64,000 nucleotides of DNA from Alphaproteobacteria bacterium (lineage in GTDB: Bacteria > Pseudomonadota > Alphaproteobacteria > UBA828), in assembly GCA_965237415.1 (NCBI GenBank), contig CBDEFM010000002.1:1312001-1376000 (forward strand). Reading direction: 5' to 3'. Numbering within the stretch: the first letter of the stretch is position 1; every line of letters starts with the position of its first letter. The translations under genes and the position numbers were made by a program. The notes beneath the pieces were generated by a model, which was not told the DNA's origin, made no database searches, and saw nothing but the letters and a program-made list of their open reading frames with translations. Below, piece by piece: positions 40,893 to 49,749 of the stretch.

Positions 40893-41696
40893 GTGGTCGG
40901 CATAGAACAAGCCTTCAATGATACGGAAAGAGCCGCCGAAGCGGCGCGGAAGTCTGCGGCAAGCGTAGTGTCGCAGGCGAGGGCGTTAGCGAAAGCCGCG
41001 CAAACCGGCAACATTGCGGTGATCAAGCGCTGCCAGGAGAACCTGAAGGACGCGGTGACGGCGCTCCGGCAAGAGGTTGCAAACGTCGGCTCGTGCTGGC
41101 CGTTCACGGACGAGGAAGAACTGCAACTCTTCCAGGAACGCTACGCCGACGCACTCAAGGCCACCGCAGCGGAAAAGGGCTTGAAAATGCACGAACAAGA
41201 CGGGCTCTTGATGTCCTACCCGTCTATCGTGCGTATACTTGTAGCAGAGCGTGCTGTGAGAGTTGATCGCAAAAGGATACCCACGGTAAGGCCATCGTAT
41301 CTTGTCGGCCTTCTCCTCCAAAATCAGAAAAAATCCAGCAGTTTTTCGTCGGAGCGCTTTCTCGAGTCCTTGTATAAGGTCTACAGAGATATCTTGAGCG
41401 GAGCATCCGAAGAGCTGCCGCTGGCCGAAGGCGGGCGTGTCGTACCCTTGATCAGGATCTACAATCTGATGACGGCGTTGCCGGGTGCCGCCCGTGAGTA
41501 CGACCGAAGCGACTTCGCGCGGGATCTGTACATCCTCGAATCCCAGGGGCCTCGCCGGACCAAGAGCGGCGCTGCGGTCTCTTTTCCGTCATCGACCGGA
41601 ACCCGGCGGCGTTCGAGCGACCTTTTCTCCTTCATCGGACCTAATGGCAATAACGCCGAATATTACGGGATCCGATTCAGCGAGAGTGGCGCATGA
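40893..41696 (+). CDS. Hypothetical protein (helical N-terminus, basic C-terminal domain), first gene of the ATPase-helicase operon
   Basis: Intact 267-aa ORF; ATGA overlap with the next gene; no family recognised. Confidence 0.75.
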   Translation: MVGIEQAFNDTERAAEAARKSAASVVSQARALAKAAQTGNIAVIKRCQENLKDAVTALRQEVANVGSCWPFTDEEELQLFQERYADALKATAAEKGLKMHEQDGLLMSYPSIVRILVAERAVRVDRKRIPTVRPSYLVGLLLQNQKKSSSFSSERFLESLYKVYRDILSGASEELPLAEGGRVVPLIRIYNLMTALPGAAREYDRSDFARDLYILESQGPRRTKSGAAVSFPSSTGTRRRSSDLFSFIGPNGNNAEYYGIRFSESGA

Positions 41697-42652
41697 CCAA
41701 CACAATCGCCATCGACGAGTGGCTCGACGTCGTCGACCGCGAGTATCTGTCGACGTTCATCAAGGATGGTGGCGCCGCCGTCAAGTTCGCGGTCGCTGGC
41801 GAGGAAAGACGGTCGATACTCCGTGAGGCGATGAAGCCCCGTTGCGAAGAGCTCGACTATCTGTTCGTGGCGCTGGATGCGATCACGTGTCGGGTTCACA
41901 TGCCTCAGGACATCTTCTTCGCACTGGCATCGCAACTCGATTGGCGTCTCCTGGCTCGTCGACTGATTCTGGGTCTGTTGGCGGATAAAGACTACCGTGT
42001 CGAGGGAATCGACCCGGGGGATGCCGTCAACATTATCGGTGCCGTCGCGCGCACCAACGATCTGGATTCTCAGTTCGTCCTTTCAGAGTTGCGCTTGATG
42101 CTGCAAGACGAAGTCTTCAAGAATCCGAACATGGCACGCGCCTTTCGCGTCGCAATGACTCATCTCTGCCGGATGGAAAGGGAGACGCCGACGCGGGGGG
42201 ATTATGCCGGACAGCCGCTGCTCGATTGGCTCACCGGAACCAACACGCGTATCGGCAACGTTCGTCCCTTCCAGGTCCATACCCCCATTAATCGCTCGAC
42301 AGCTCGCTACTTCATCGAGTCGACGCTCTACTGGGTACGCCGTGCAGGGTATTCGGGCACGGTGATTCTACTCGACAATGCCCGCGTCACCGTGCCGCGC
42401 AACCCGCGCGATGGGCAGCGCTACTACACCCGGGCCATGACGATGGATCACTACGAGGTGCTTCGGGAGTTCATCGACGATGTGGATCGGTTGTCGGGAT
42501 CGCTGATGATAGTGGTTACGGATGAGACGTTCGTCGACGAACATTCCGCGAGGGGTTGGGGCATATATGCCGCCCTGCGCACCAGGGTGATGGACGACGT
42601 CCGCGACAGGAATATCGTCAACCCGGTCGCCGCCCTGGTGCGGCTCTCGTAG
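41693..42652 (+). CDS. BrxD/DUF2791-like P-loop protein with degenerate Walker motifs
   Basis: YL..FIKDGGAAVKFAV, GY.G.VILLD, YEVLREFIDD, YAALRTRV resemble DUF2791; no GxGKS/T and Walker B reads DN. Confidence 0.7.
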   Translation: MTNTIAIDEWLDVVDREYLSTFIKDGGAAVKFAVAGEERRSILREAMKPRCEELDYLFVALDAITCRVHMPQDIFFALASQLDWRLLARRLILGLLADKDYRVEGIDPGDAVNIIGAVARTNDLDSQFVLSELRLMLQDEVFKNPNMARAFRVAMTHLCRMERETPTRGDYAGQPLLDWLTGTNTRIGNVRPFQVHTPINRSTARYFIESTLYWVRRAGYSGTVILLDNARVTVPRNPRDGQRYYTRAMTMDHYEVLREFIDDVDRLSGSLMIVVTDETFVDEHSARGWGIYAALRTRVMDDVRDRNIVNPVAALVRLS

Positions 42653-42664
42653 AAGGCATTGTGC

Positions 42665-43939
42665 ATGGTAGCCAATCCACCCAGCTATCTTACCGCCCGG
42701 CTGGCGGTGGAAGCTCTGCGAAACGGTGTCCCGAACAAGGAGGCCGTGCGTGAACTCGGCTGCAATCAGCCGCGTGTCGAACAGCGTTTCGTCCTAATGC
42801 TGGAGGGAACGGAGAACGTCCAGGACCGGCCAGGCTCGGCGCCGGGGATGCTTGTGTCGGGTGACTTCGGTGCGGGCAAGTCTCATCTCCTGGAACACCT
42901 GGAACACCTTGCTCTCTCCCGGAACTTTGTTTGCAGCAGAGTCGCAATCAGCAAGGAAACGCCTCTGTACGACTTGGCAAAGGTGTTCTCTTCGGCGATG
43001 GAAAACGGGCGGATACCGGACCGGGGAGGCCGGTTCATCGAAGAGCTTTCGCTCGCCATCGACCAGAAGTCTGCAAGACACGAGGCCTTCTCACGGTGGG
43101 CCGACGAGGCAGCGTCCAATGGCCTTCTGAGTCCGATTTTTCCTGCAAGCTTGCGTGTGTACGAACGCTCAGACGACTTCGAGCTGAATAGCGATATCGA
43201 ATCCTTTTGGGCGGGAGACAGGATTCAGATTGCCAAGTTAAGGGCCGGGCTCAGGCAGATCGGTGAGGCAGGCACCTACCGCTTCCGTGCGCCAAGGGCT
43301 GCGGACCTGCCACCGCAGCGCTTGCGTTTTGCGGTCGAACTCATCAAGGGCGTCGGTTATCGCGGGTGGGTCGTCCTGTTGGACGAGATCGAATTGATGG
43401 GGTCTTACTCGATATTGCAGCGCGGACGCTCTTATGCCGAGGTCGCGCGCTGGATGGGGCTCGCCCAGGGAGAGAGCTATCCTGGACTGATCGTGATCGG
43501 CGCGGTCACGGAAGACTTCGCCGCCGCCATCATCAGCCCGGACGGACAAAAGAAGGATCGAGACTACGTTCGACCAAGGCTGGAGCAAAACGCGAGATAT
43601 GCCGCTCTCGGTGCCCGCGCCGAGAGCGGCATGCGGCTGCTGGAGCAGGGCTGCGTAGCGCTAGACCCTCCCAGCGACGACGACGTGAGGGTGACCATGG
43701 AGACGTTGCGCCGCCTGTACCGAAGGGCCTACAGCTGGGAACCGCCGGTTCACGAGGCAACCGCAGGGGGCGCGGGTTTCCAGGGGCGGATGCGCTACAA
43801 GGTCCGCACTGCAATCAACGAGTGGGATCTGCGCCGGCTGCACGCCACCTACCAGCCGGACACGGAAATCGAACGGTTTGCCACTCCATACGCAGAGAAC
43901 GCCGATCTGGAGCACGAGGCCAGGGACGATTCGGCGTAA
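42665..43939 (+). CDS. BrxD/DUF2791-like P-loop ATPase
   Basis: AVEALRNGVP N-terminus, SGDFGAGKSH Walker A, GYRGWVVLLDEIE Walker B. Confidence 0.8.
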   Translation: MVANPPSYLTARLAVEALRNGVPNKEAVRELGCNQPRVEQRFVLMLEGTENVQDRPGSAPGMLVSGDFGAGKSHLLEHLEHLALSRNFVCSRVAISKETPLYDLAKVFSSAMENGRIPDRGGRFIEELSLAIDQKSARHEAFSRWADEAASNGLLSPIFPASLRVYERSDDFELNSDIESFWAGDRIQIAKLRAGLRQIGEAGTYRFRAPRAADLPPQRLRFAVELIKGVGYRGWVVLLDEIELMGSYSILQRGRSYAEVARWMGLAQGESYPGLIVIGAVTEDFAAAIISPDGQKKDRDYVRPRLEQNARYAALGARAESGMRLLEQGCVALDPPSDDDVRVTMETLRRLYRRAYSWEPPVHEATAGGAGFQGRMRYKVRTAINEWDLRRLHATYQPDTEIERFATPYAENADLEHEARDDSA

Positions 43940-43974
43940 GTACCGCTCCGTGCGAGCCTGGGCGAGGTGTTGAC

Positions 43975-46059
43975 GTGCCCATCCCGTTCCAAGACACGAA
44001 CACTGTCGGACATCCCGATGCGGTGGCCTGGCTGCGTATCGTCGAAGACCACGCGGGCCAGAATATTCGCGCGGCTCTGTTCGAAACCACGGTTCGGGGT
44101 GGGCCGCTGGGCTTCAGCTTCGCCCGAACGGCGCGTCACGATGGGGCGGGCAGGTGCGCGGTGTCGTCCCTGGCTCGCTCCCTGTTCGGCGCATCCACAG
44201 CGACCCCGGCGCTGCTGTTCGCCGCAGCGGAAGAAGTGCCGCCGCAGGTCTTCGATTGCGTCAAGGCCGGCCCACCCTGTTGTCGCGTTCGTGCACCAGC
44301 GCTGCCCGGCGCGAGCACCGTGTCGAACGGGCGGCCCGACGACACTCACAGACGGATGCTCTGGGCGACTGGTCCGCCGGCACCGGCATCCGCTGCCGCT
44401 GCGGTCCTCGGCGAGGTCATGGAGCGGGACGATCCGTTCGAACCGCTGGAGCGAGCGGCCAGGGGCTTGATGGAGGCGTTCGCCGACCCGCAGGTCCGGG
44501 CGTTGACCGAAGTCCCCGGTTTGAGAATGGTAATGACGCTGCCGCCGCGCTCCGATCGCACCGGGAAGCAGGCAGCGCGCGGCACCGCAACGTCCACAGC
44601 CCCGCCTGCGCCTTGGCCGGGAGAGGGCGCGGAACGCGGCCTTGCCGAACGGTTGTGGGCGGTTCTGGCCGTGCCTCGCTCCCGCAGGCCCACCCCAACG
44701 CCAGCCCGGCGGCTGGAGTGGCCCGGCGAACTCATGCCGTTCCAGCGAGACGGTGTCGGAGCCTTGATCGGGATGGAACGATTGTTGCTGTCAGATGATA
44801 TGGGCCTAGGAAAAACGGTACAGGCTGTTGCGGCACTGCGAATTCTCAGGGCGCGGGGAGAGATCGGGTCGTGCCTCGTGGTGGCTCCCGCCAGCGTGCT
44901 CGACCAGTGGCGGCGGGAGATCGCGCGCTGGGCGCCGGACATGAGCGCGATCATCATCCGCGGCTCGGCGAACGATCGGGCGTGGCAGTGGAGGGCCAAT
45001 ACGGATGTCACGCTGGTCAGCTACGACGTCCTGCGCTGGGACGCGGCAATCCTCACGACGCTCCGGGCTTCCAGGGGTGCGTGGGACGTGGTCGTTCTCG
45101 ATGAAGCGCAGAGAATCAAGAACCGCAACGACACCAGTGAGGCTGCGAAGAGCATTTCGAGGGTGCGGTCCTGGGCGTTGACCGGCACGCCCATAGAGAA
45201 CCACGAGGAAGAATTGGCGTCCATCATGGAGTTCGTCGATCACGATGAGGGGACGCCACGCAAACGCTACCGGCCCGGCACTACGTTACTTTTGCGCCAT
45301 AGCGAATTGCAGCTTCGGCGCAAGAAGGCCGACGTGCTGGATGATCTGCCGCCCAAGCTGGAGACCAAGTTGACGATCCCGTTGCACCGGGATCAGCGTG
45401 AGAGCTACGACCGGGCCGAGCGCGAGGGTATCGTCTATCTCAAGTCTCTTGGCGCGGAAGTCGGTGTCGGACACGTGCTGGAGCTGATCACTCGCCTCAA
45501 GCAAATCTGTAACGTCGATCCCAGAACGGGAGAGTCTAGCAAGCTGGACGACATTGGCGACAGACTGCAGACCTTGACGGCTCAGGGTTACAAGGCCCTG
45601 GTCTTCTCCCAGTACACCAGCGACACGTCGGGTGTGGCAGCAGCGGCAAGGCATCTGCGGGCGTTCAATCCGTTGAGCCTGACCGGCAGCGTACCGCCGG
45701 AGGAGCGCGCCGCTCTGATCGATCGGTTCAAGACAGGCGAGACTCACATGGCGCTGATCATATCGTTGCGGGCGGGCGGCCTAGGCCTCAATTTGCAGGA
45801 GGCATCCTACGTATTCCACCTGGACCGCTGGTGGAACCCGGCCGTGGAGCGGCAGGCGGAGGACCGGACCCACCGCCTGGGCCAGACAGTCAAGGTGAAT
45901 GTGATCAAGTATACCTGCGAGGATACCATCGAAGAGCGTATCGAACGCATCCTGGAACGGAAGCAGGCGTTGTTCGACAAGCTGGTCGACGACGTGTCGC
46001 TGGACCTTTCGACGCGAATGAGCCGCGAGGAGTTGTTGGGGCTTTTCGGTCTGGATTAG
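43975..46059 (+). CDS. SNF2-family helicase/ATPase with an uncharacterised ~230-aa N-terminal domain
   Basis: LSDDMGLGKT, VLDEAQRIKN, LTGTPIEN, ALVFSQY, AGGLGLNL, WWNPAVE.QA.DR.HR.GQ; GTG start after GAGGTG. Confidence 0.9.
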   Translation: MPIPFQDTNTVGHPDAVAWLRIVEDHAGQNIRAALFETTVRGGPLGFSFARTARHDGAGRCAVSSLARSLFGASTATPALLFAAAEEVPPQVFDCVKAGPPCCRVRAPALPGASTVSNGRPDDTHRRMLWATGPPAPASAAAAVLGEVMERDDPFEPLERAARGLMEAFADPQVRALTEVPGLRMVMTLPPRSDRTGKQAARGTATSTAPPAPWPGEGAERGLAERLWAVLAVPRSRRPTPTPARRLEWPGELMPFQRDGVGALIGMERLLLSDDMGLGKTVQAVAALRILRARGEIGSCLVVAPASVLDQWRREIARWAPDMSAIIIRGSANDRAWQWRANTDVTLVSYDVLRWDAAILTTLRASRGAWDVVVLDEAQRIKNRNDTSEAAKSISRVRSWALTGTPIENHEEELASIMEFVDHDEGTPRKRYRPGTTLLLRHSELQLRRKKADVLDDLPPKLETKLTIPLHRDQRESYDRAEREGIVYLKSLGAEVGVGHVLELITRLKQICNVDPRTGESSKLDDIGDRLQTLTAQGYKALVFSQYTSDTSGVAAAARHLRAFNPLSLTGSVPPEERAALIDRFKTGETHMALIISLRAGGLGLNLQEASYVFHLDRWWNPAVERQAEDRTHRLGQTVKVNVIKYTCEDTIEERIERILERKQALFDKLVDDVSLDLSTRMSREELLGLFGLD

Positions 46060-46084
46060 CCGATAACGCTTCGACTGCAGAGGC

Positions 46085-46393
46085 ATGAGCATCGACGCGC
46101 AACTCCTGGGAAGGCTCTTCGCCAGCGATTTCCAGAGCGAGTCTGTTGCCTAGCCCCCGATTGGCAGGCCATTGGCGACGCTGCTCCCGAAGGCCTTGAA
46201 GCCGCGCTCGGGGCAATACTCGAGTGATTCACAGTTGCCGGATCGCCCAACGAGACTCAGACCGAGGACGACCTGATCTAGCCCGTGCTCGAGCGGCTCG
46301 GCTGGCCGGCAACGTTGCGACAGTAGAACCTGATCGCAACTGGCCGAGAGAACGTGCCGGACGGTCGGCTGTTCGCGGACGATGCTGCAATGC
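46085..46393 (+). pseudogene. Decayed N-terminus of a probable Type IIG (Eco57I-like) restriction-modification enzyme
   Basis: Manual translation through stops: MSIDAQLLGRLFASDF...PNETQTEDDLI*PVLERLGWPATLRQ*NL...VPDGRLFADD; 4 stops and a frameshift; cut by IS21. Confidence 0.6.
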
Positions 46394-46504
46394 TGTTAAC
46401 GGCGGAGGAATAATGCTCCACGCGGAGCGATCGGACGGTCCGGTCGCGGCGGCGCAAAAATGCGCCAACCATGGTCCTTTGTCGGTTGCGACGAGGGGCG
46501 GGGG

Positions 46505-47154
46505 ATGTACGGCGTGGAGCTCTATGCGGCGGTTCGACTGGCGGTTGTCGACGAGGGTTTGAGCCATCACGAGGCGGGCCGTCGGTTCGGCATCGACCGT
46601 CGCACGGTGAAGAAGATGCTGAGCTACTCGGCGCCGCCGGGCTACCGCCGGACGAAGCCGGTCAGGCGGCCCAAGCTGGACGGGTTCACCGGCATCGTCG
46701 ACGCGATCCTGGAGGCGGACACGGATCCGGATGTGCCGCGCAAGCAGCGCCACACGGCGCATCGGATCTTCGAGCGGCTGCGGGACGAGCACGGGTTCAC
46801 CGGCGGCTATACCATCCAGACCGTGTGAAAACGTCATTGAATTCAGATTTTCGAGTAAGTCTGCTTGATTTCTGAAAAGTGCAGCCTGCTAAGTCATTGA
46901 TTTCATTAACACTGAAAATTCAACCAATGGGCTGAAATCACATTTCGAGCGATTCTCCGACGTTTTGACACAGTCTGCATCGTGAAGGACTATGTGCGTT
47001 CCCGGCGGCAATCGACGCGCGAGGCCTTCGTTCCACTGCATCACCCGCCGGGCCATGCCCAGGTCGACTTCGGCGAGGCGGTGGTGGAGCTGCGGGGGCA
47101 GCGGGAGAAGGTCGCCTTCTTCTGCCTGATCCTGCCCCATTCCAATGTCTGGTT
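46505..47154 (+). pseudogene. istA: IS21 transposase IstA fragment, interrupted by a MITE and truncated by a second IS21
   Basis: PRKQRHTAHRIFERLRDEHGFTGGYTI | VKDYVR...AQVDFGEA. Confidence 0.85.
46817..46977. mobile_element. 161-bp MITE with 19-bp terminal inverted repeats and a 4-bp target duplication (CATC)
   Basis: CAGACCGTGTGAAAACGTC ... GACGTTTTGACACAGTCTG (17/19 match); CATC at 46813-46816 and 46978-46981; excision restores istA GYTIVKDY. Confidence 0.9.
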
Positions 47155-47356
47155 TGTCAAACGGCTTTCAATATTGACCCCCAATCGGCGTGCAAAATTG
47201 ACCCCCCTGAGTGGCACGGCGGAGGTTGTCCCGGTAGTCAATAGGGGGGACCCGCGCGGCTTCGTGTAGCGCCTTGCGCTGCGCGGAGCGAAGCCGTGTG
47301 GGGGGTACCTGTTGGCCCACCGGGGCAACCGGGCCGCAGGCACGGCCGGCGCCCGG

Positions 47357-48098
47357 TCAGGAGCGGTTCTTGAAGCGCCAGCTCTCGTTGCCGGTCTCGA
47401 TGATCTCGCAATGGTGGGTGAGACGATCGAGCAGGGCTGTGGTCATCTTGGGGTCGCCGAAGACCGAGGGCCACTCACCGAAGGCGAGGTTGGTGGTGAT
47501 GACGATCGAGGTTCGCTCGTAGAGCCGGCTCATGAGGTGGAAGAGCAGCTGCCCGCCGGCCTGAGCGAAGGGCAGGTAGCCGAGCTCGTCGAGGATGACG
47601 AGGTCGCGGCGGACGAGCTGGTCTGCGGTGCGGCCCTGGCGTCCGGCGCGGAGCTCGGCCTCGAGGTGGTTGACCAGGTCGACGACGTTGTAGCAGCGGC
47701 CGCGGGCACCCTTGCGGATGCAGGAGCGCGCGATGGCGACGGCGAGATGGGTCTTTCCGGTACCGGTGCCGCCGACCAGGACGATGTTGCGCTTGCCCTC
47801 GAGGAAGCCGCCGCCGGCGAGCTCCTGGATCAGGGGCTCGTTGACCTGCGAGGCGGCGAAGTCGAAGTCGGCCAGTTCCTTCGCCGTCGGCAGCTTGGCG
47901 GAGGCCATCTGGTATTTGATGGAGCGCGCCGTCTTGTCGGCGATCTCGACCTGCAGCAGCGTACCGATGATCTGCTGCACCGGATGGCGGCGCTTGAGCC
48001 CCCCTCGGCGTACATGTGGCGAGGATGTCGTCATAGGCGGCGCGCATGCCCGCGAGCTTCAGCGCCGCCATCATCGCCAGCACATCATGACGCTCCAT
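47357..48098 (-). pseudogene. istB: IS21 helper ATPase IstB, frameshifted near its 5' end
   Basis: [21 protein letters not shown] in one frame and GLKRRH...[11 protein letters not shown]...LDELGY in another; small insertion near 48000-48016. Confidence 0.8.
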
Positions 48099-49599
48099 GA
48101 CCGGCCTCCCTCAGGCTGTCATAGCGCTGGCAATCGGCAACCGGCTTGTGGCGAAGCTGCAGGCCCTCGGGCGTCGGGATCGCCGCCGGCGGTGCCGGCT
48201 GGCGCTGCCGGGCGAGGATGTTGAACACCACGTCGGCGCTGCAGGCGCCGCAGTCGAGCGTCTCGGCACAGGCCGCCTCAACCGCCTCCAGTCCGTCCTC
48301 CAGCACCGCCGCGAGCACCTTGACGAACTGCCGGTCGCCGTCGTTGTGGCCCGCGAGCCGGGTCCGCAGACGGCCGAGCGCGTTGGGCAGCTTCCAGTCC
48401 TTGAAGGGCGCGCCGTTCCTCAGCGCCCCGGGCTTCCTCGTCAGGATCGGCACGTAATGCCACGGATCGTAGGCGATCTGGCCGCGTCCGAAGCTGCGGG
48501 GATGCTCGGCGACGATCTCGCCGTCCTGGCGGATGACGATCCGATCGGCATAGGCCCGCACGTCCACCGGCCGGCCGACGGCGCGGGCCGCGACGCTGTA
48601 CTGGTTGTTGTCGAAGCGCACCAGACAGGTCTTGGAAACCGCTACCTCAGTGGCATGGAAGCCGTCGAAGGGGCCGCGGTACGCCATCAGGAAGGGCCGC
48701 TCCTCCTCGAACACCTGCGACACCGTCTTGCCCTCGATCGTCGGATGCGGATGCTTCTTGGCGTCCTCGATGCACCGATCCATCAGCCACTCGTTGATCT
48801 CGGCGTAGGAGCGGCCCCGCGGGCTGGGCACGAACAGGCGGCCGCGAACGTCACCCACCTGCTTCTCCACCTGCCCCTTCTCCCAGCCAGCTCCTGGCGT
48901 GCACGCCACAGGCTCCACCAGATGGTGCGAACACATCTCCTGGAAGCGGCGGTTGTAGTCCCGCTTCTTGCCCACGAACACCGTGCTCACCGCCGTCTTC
49001 ATGTTGTCGTAGATGCCCCGCCGGCAGACCCCGCCGAAGAGGCGGAAGGCACGTTCATGTGCCTCGAACACCATCTCCTGGCTCTCGCGGGGAAAGATCT
49101 GGACCAGATACATTCGGCTGTGGCACAGCCGCATGTGCGCCGCCTTCACCCTGGTCGTCGCACCCGCCAGACGCGCGTACTCATGGCTCCAGTCGAACTG
49201 GTAGGCCTCGCCCGGATCGAAGATCAGCGGCACAAAGGCCTGCGACTGCGACAACAGCCGCCACCGGCGCCGCCAGGTCCTGGCATAGCGGCGCACCGCG
49301 TCATAGCCGCCGCCATAGCCCAGAGCCCCAAGGTCTTCATGAATCCGCAGAAGAGACAGCCGATCCTTGCGTGCCTTCTTCTCGTTGGCCTTCAGCTGGC
49401 GCTCGAGTTCCTCCACCCACGGCCCCAGCTTCGGCATCGGCTGGATCTTGCGCTCGTAGCTGAACGAGGTCTCATCGCCCCGCACCACCTTGCGCACCGT
49501 GTTCTTCGAAACCCTCAAATCCCGGGCGATCTTCTTGATCGGAACGCCCCTCACCAGATGATCCAGACGGATCTTCGCGATCGTTTCCACAACCAGCAT
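48085..49599 (-). CDS. istA: IS21 transposase IstA
   Basis: PGEAYQFDWS, YDNMKTAV, GWEKGQVE, VRFDNNQYSV, KPGALRNGAPF. Confidence 0.93.
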   Translation of the reverse strand: MLVVETIAKIRLDHLVRGVPIKKIARDLRVSKNTVRKVVRGDETSFSYERKIQPMPKLGPWVEELERQLKANEKKARKDRLSLLRIHEDLGALGYGGGYDAVRRYARTWRRRWRLLSQSQAFVPLIFDPGEAYQFDWSHEYARLAGATTRVKAAHMRLCHSRMYLVQIFPRESQEMVFEAHERAFRLFGGVCRRGIYDNMKTAVSTVFVGKKRDYNRRFQEMCSHHLVEPVACTPGAGWEKGQVEKQVGDVRGRLFVPSPRGRSYAEINEWLMDRCIEDAKKHPHPTIEGKTVSQVFEEERPFLMAYRGPFDGFHATEVAVSKTCLVRFDNNQYSVAARAVGRPVDVRAYADRIVIRQDGEIVAEHPRSFGRGQIAYDPWHYVPILTRKPGALRNGAPFKDWKLPNALGRLRTRLAGHNDGDRQFVKVLAAVLEDGLEAVEAACAETLDCGACSADVVFNILARQRQPAPPAAIPTPEGLQLRHKPVADCQRYDSLREAGHGAS

Positions 49600-49749
49600 C
49601 TCCCCCCCACCCCGTCCGTCCAAACGACGAGGTGTGTTCATGGACACAAACCATGGGGGGTCAAATTTGGACGCCGATCACCCCCAACAGGGGGTCAATT
49701 TTCCACGCTTAACAACATCTGATCCGCCCAGCGCCGGGGGGGGCGACGG

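Larger units (their letters stand above)
46394..47154 (+). mobile_element. IS21-family element, truncated (left end plus 5' istA)
   Basis: Starts TGTTAACGGCGGAG with subterminal repeats GGCGGAGGAATAATGCTCCA / GGCGGCGCAAAAATGCGCCA; istA fragment follows. Confidence 0.8.
47155..49717 (-). mobile_element. IS21-family insertion sequence (istA-istB)
   Basis: TG...CA ends with repeated ATTGACCCCC subterminal motifs (TGTCAAACGGC...; ...GGGGTCAATTTTCCACGCTTAACAACA). Confidence 0.88.

Noticed and set aside
43366-43974. N-terminal 200 aa of the 897-aa helicase ORF
   Set aside because: Overlaps the ATPase gene in another frame; a GTG with RBS at 43975 is the more plausible start
40893-46059. Calling the locus a canonical BREX or DISARM system
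   Set aside because: No PglZ, BrxC/PglY, BrxA/B, DrmA/B or intact methylase is visible; only BrxD-like ATPases and a SNF2 helicase
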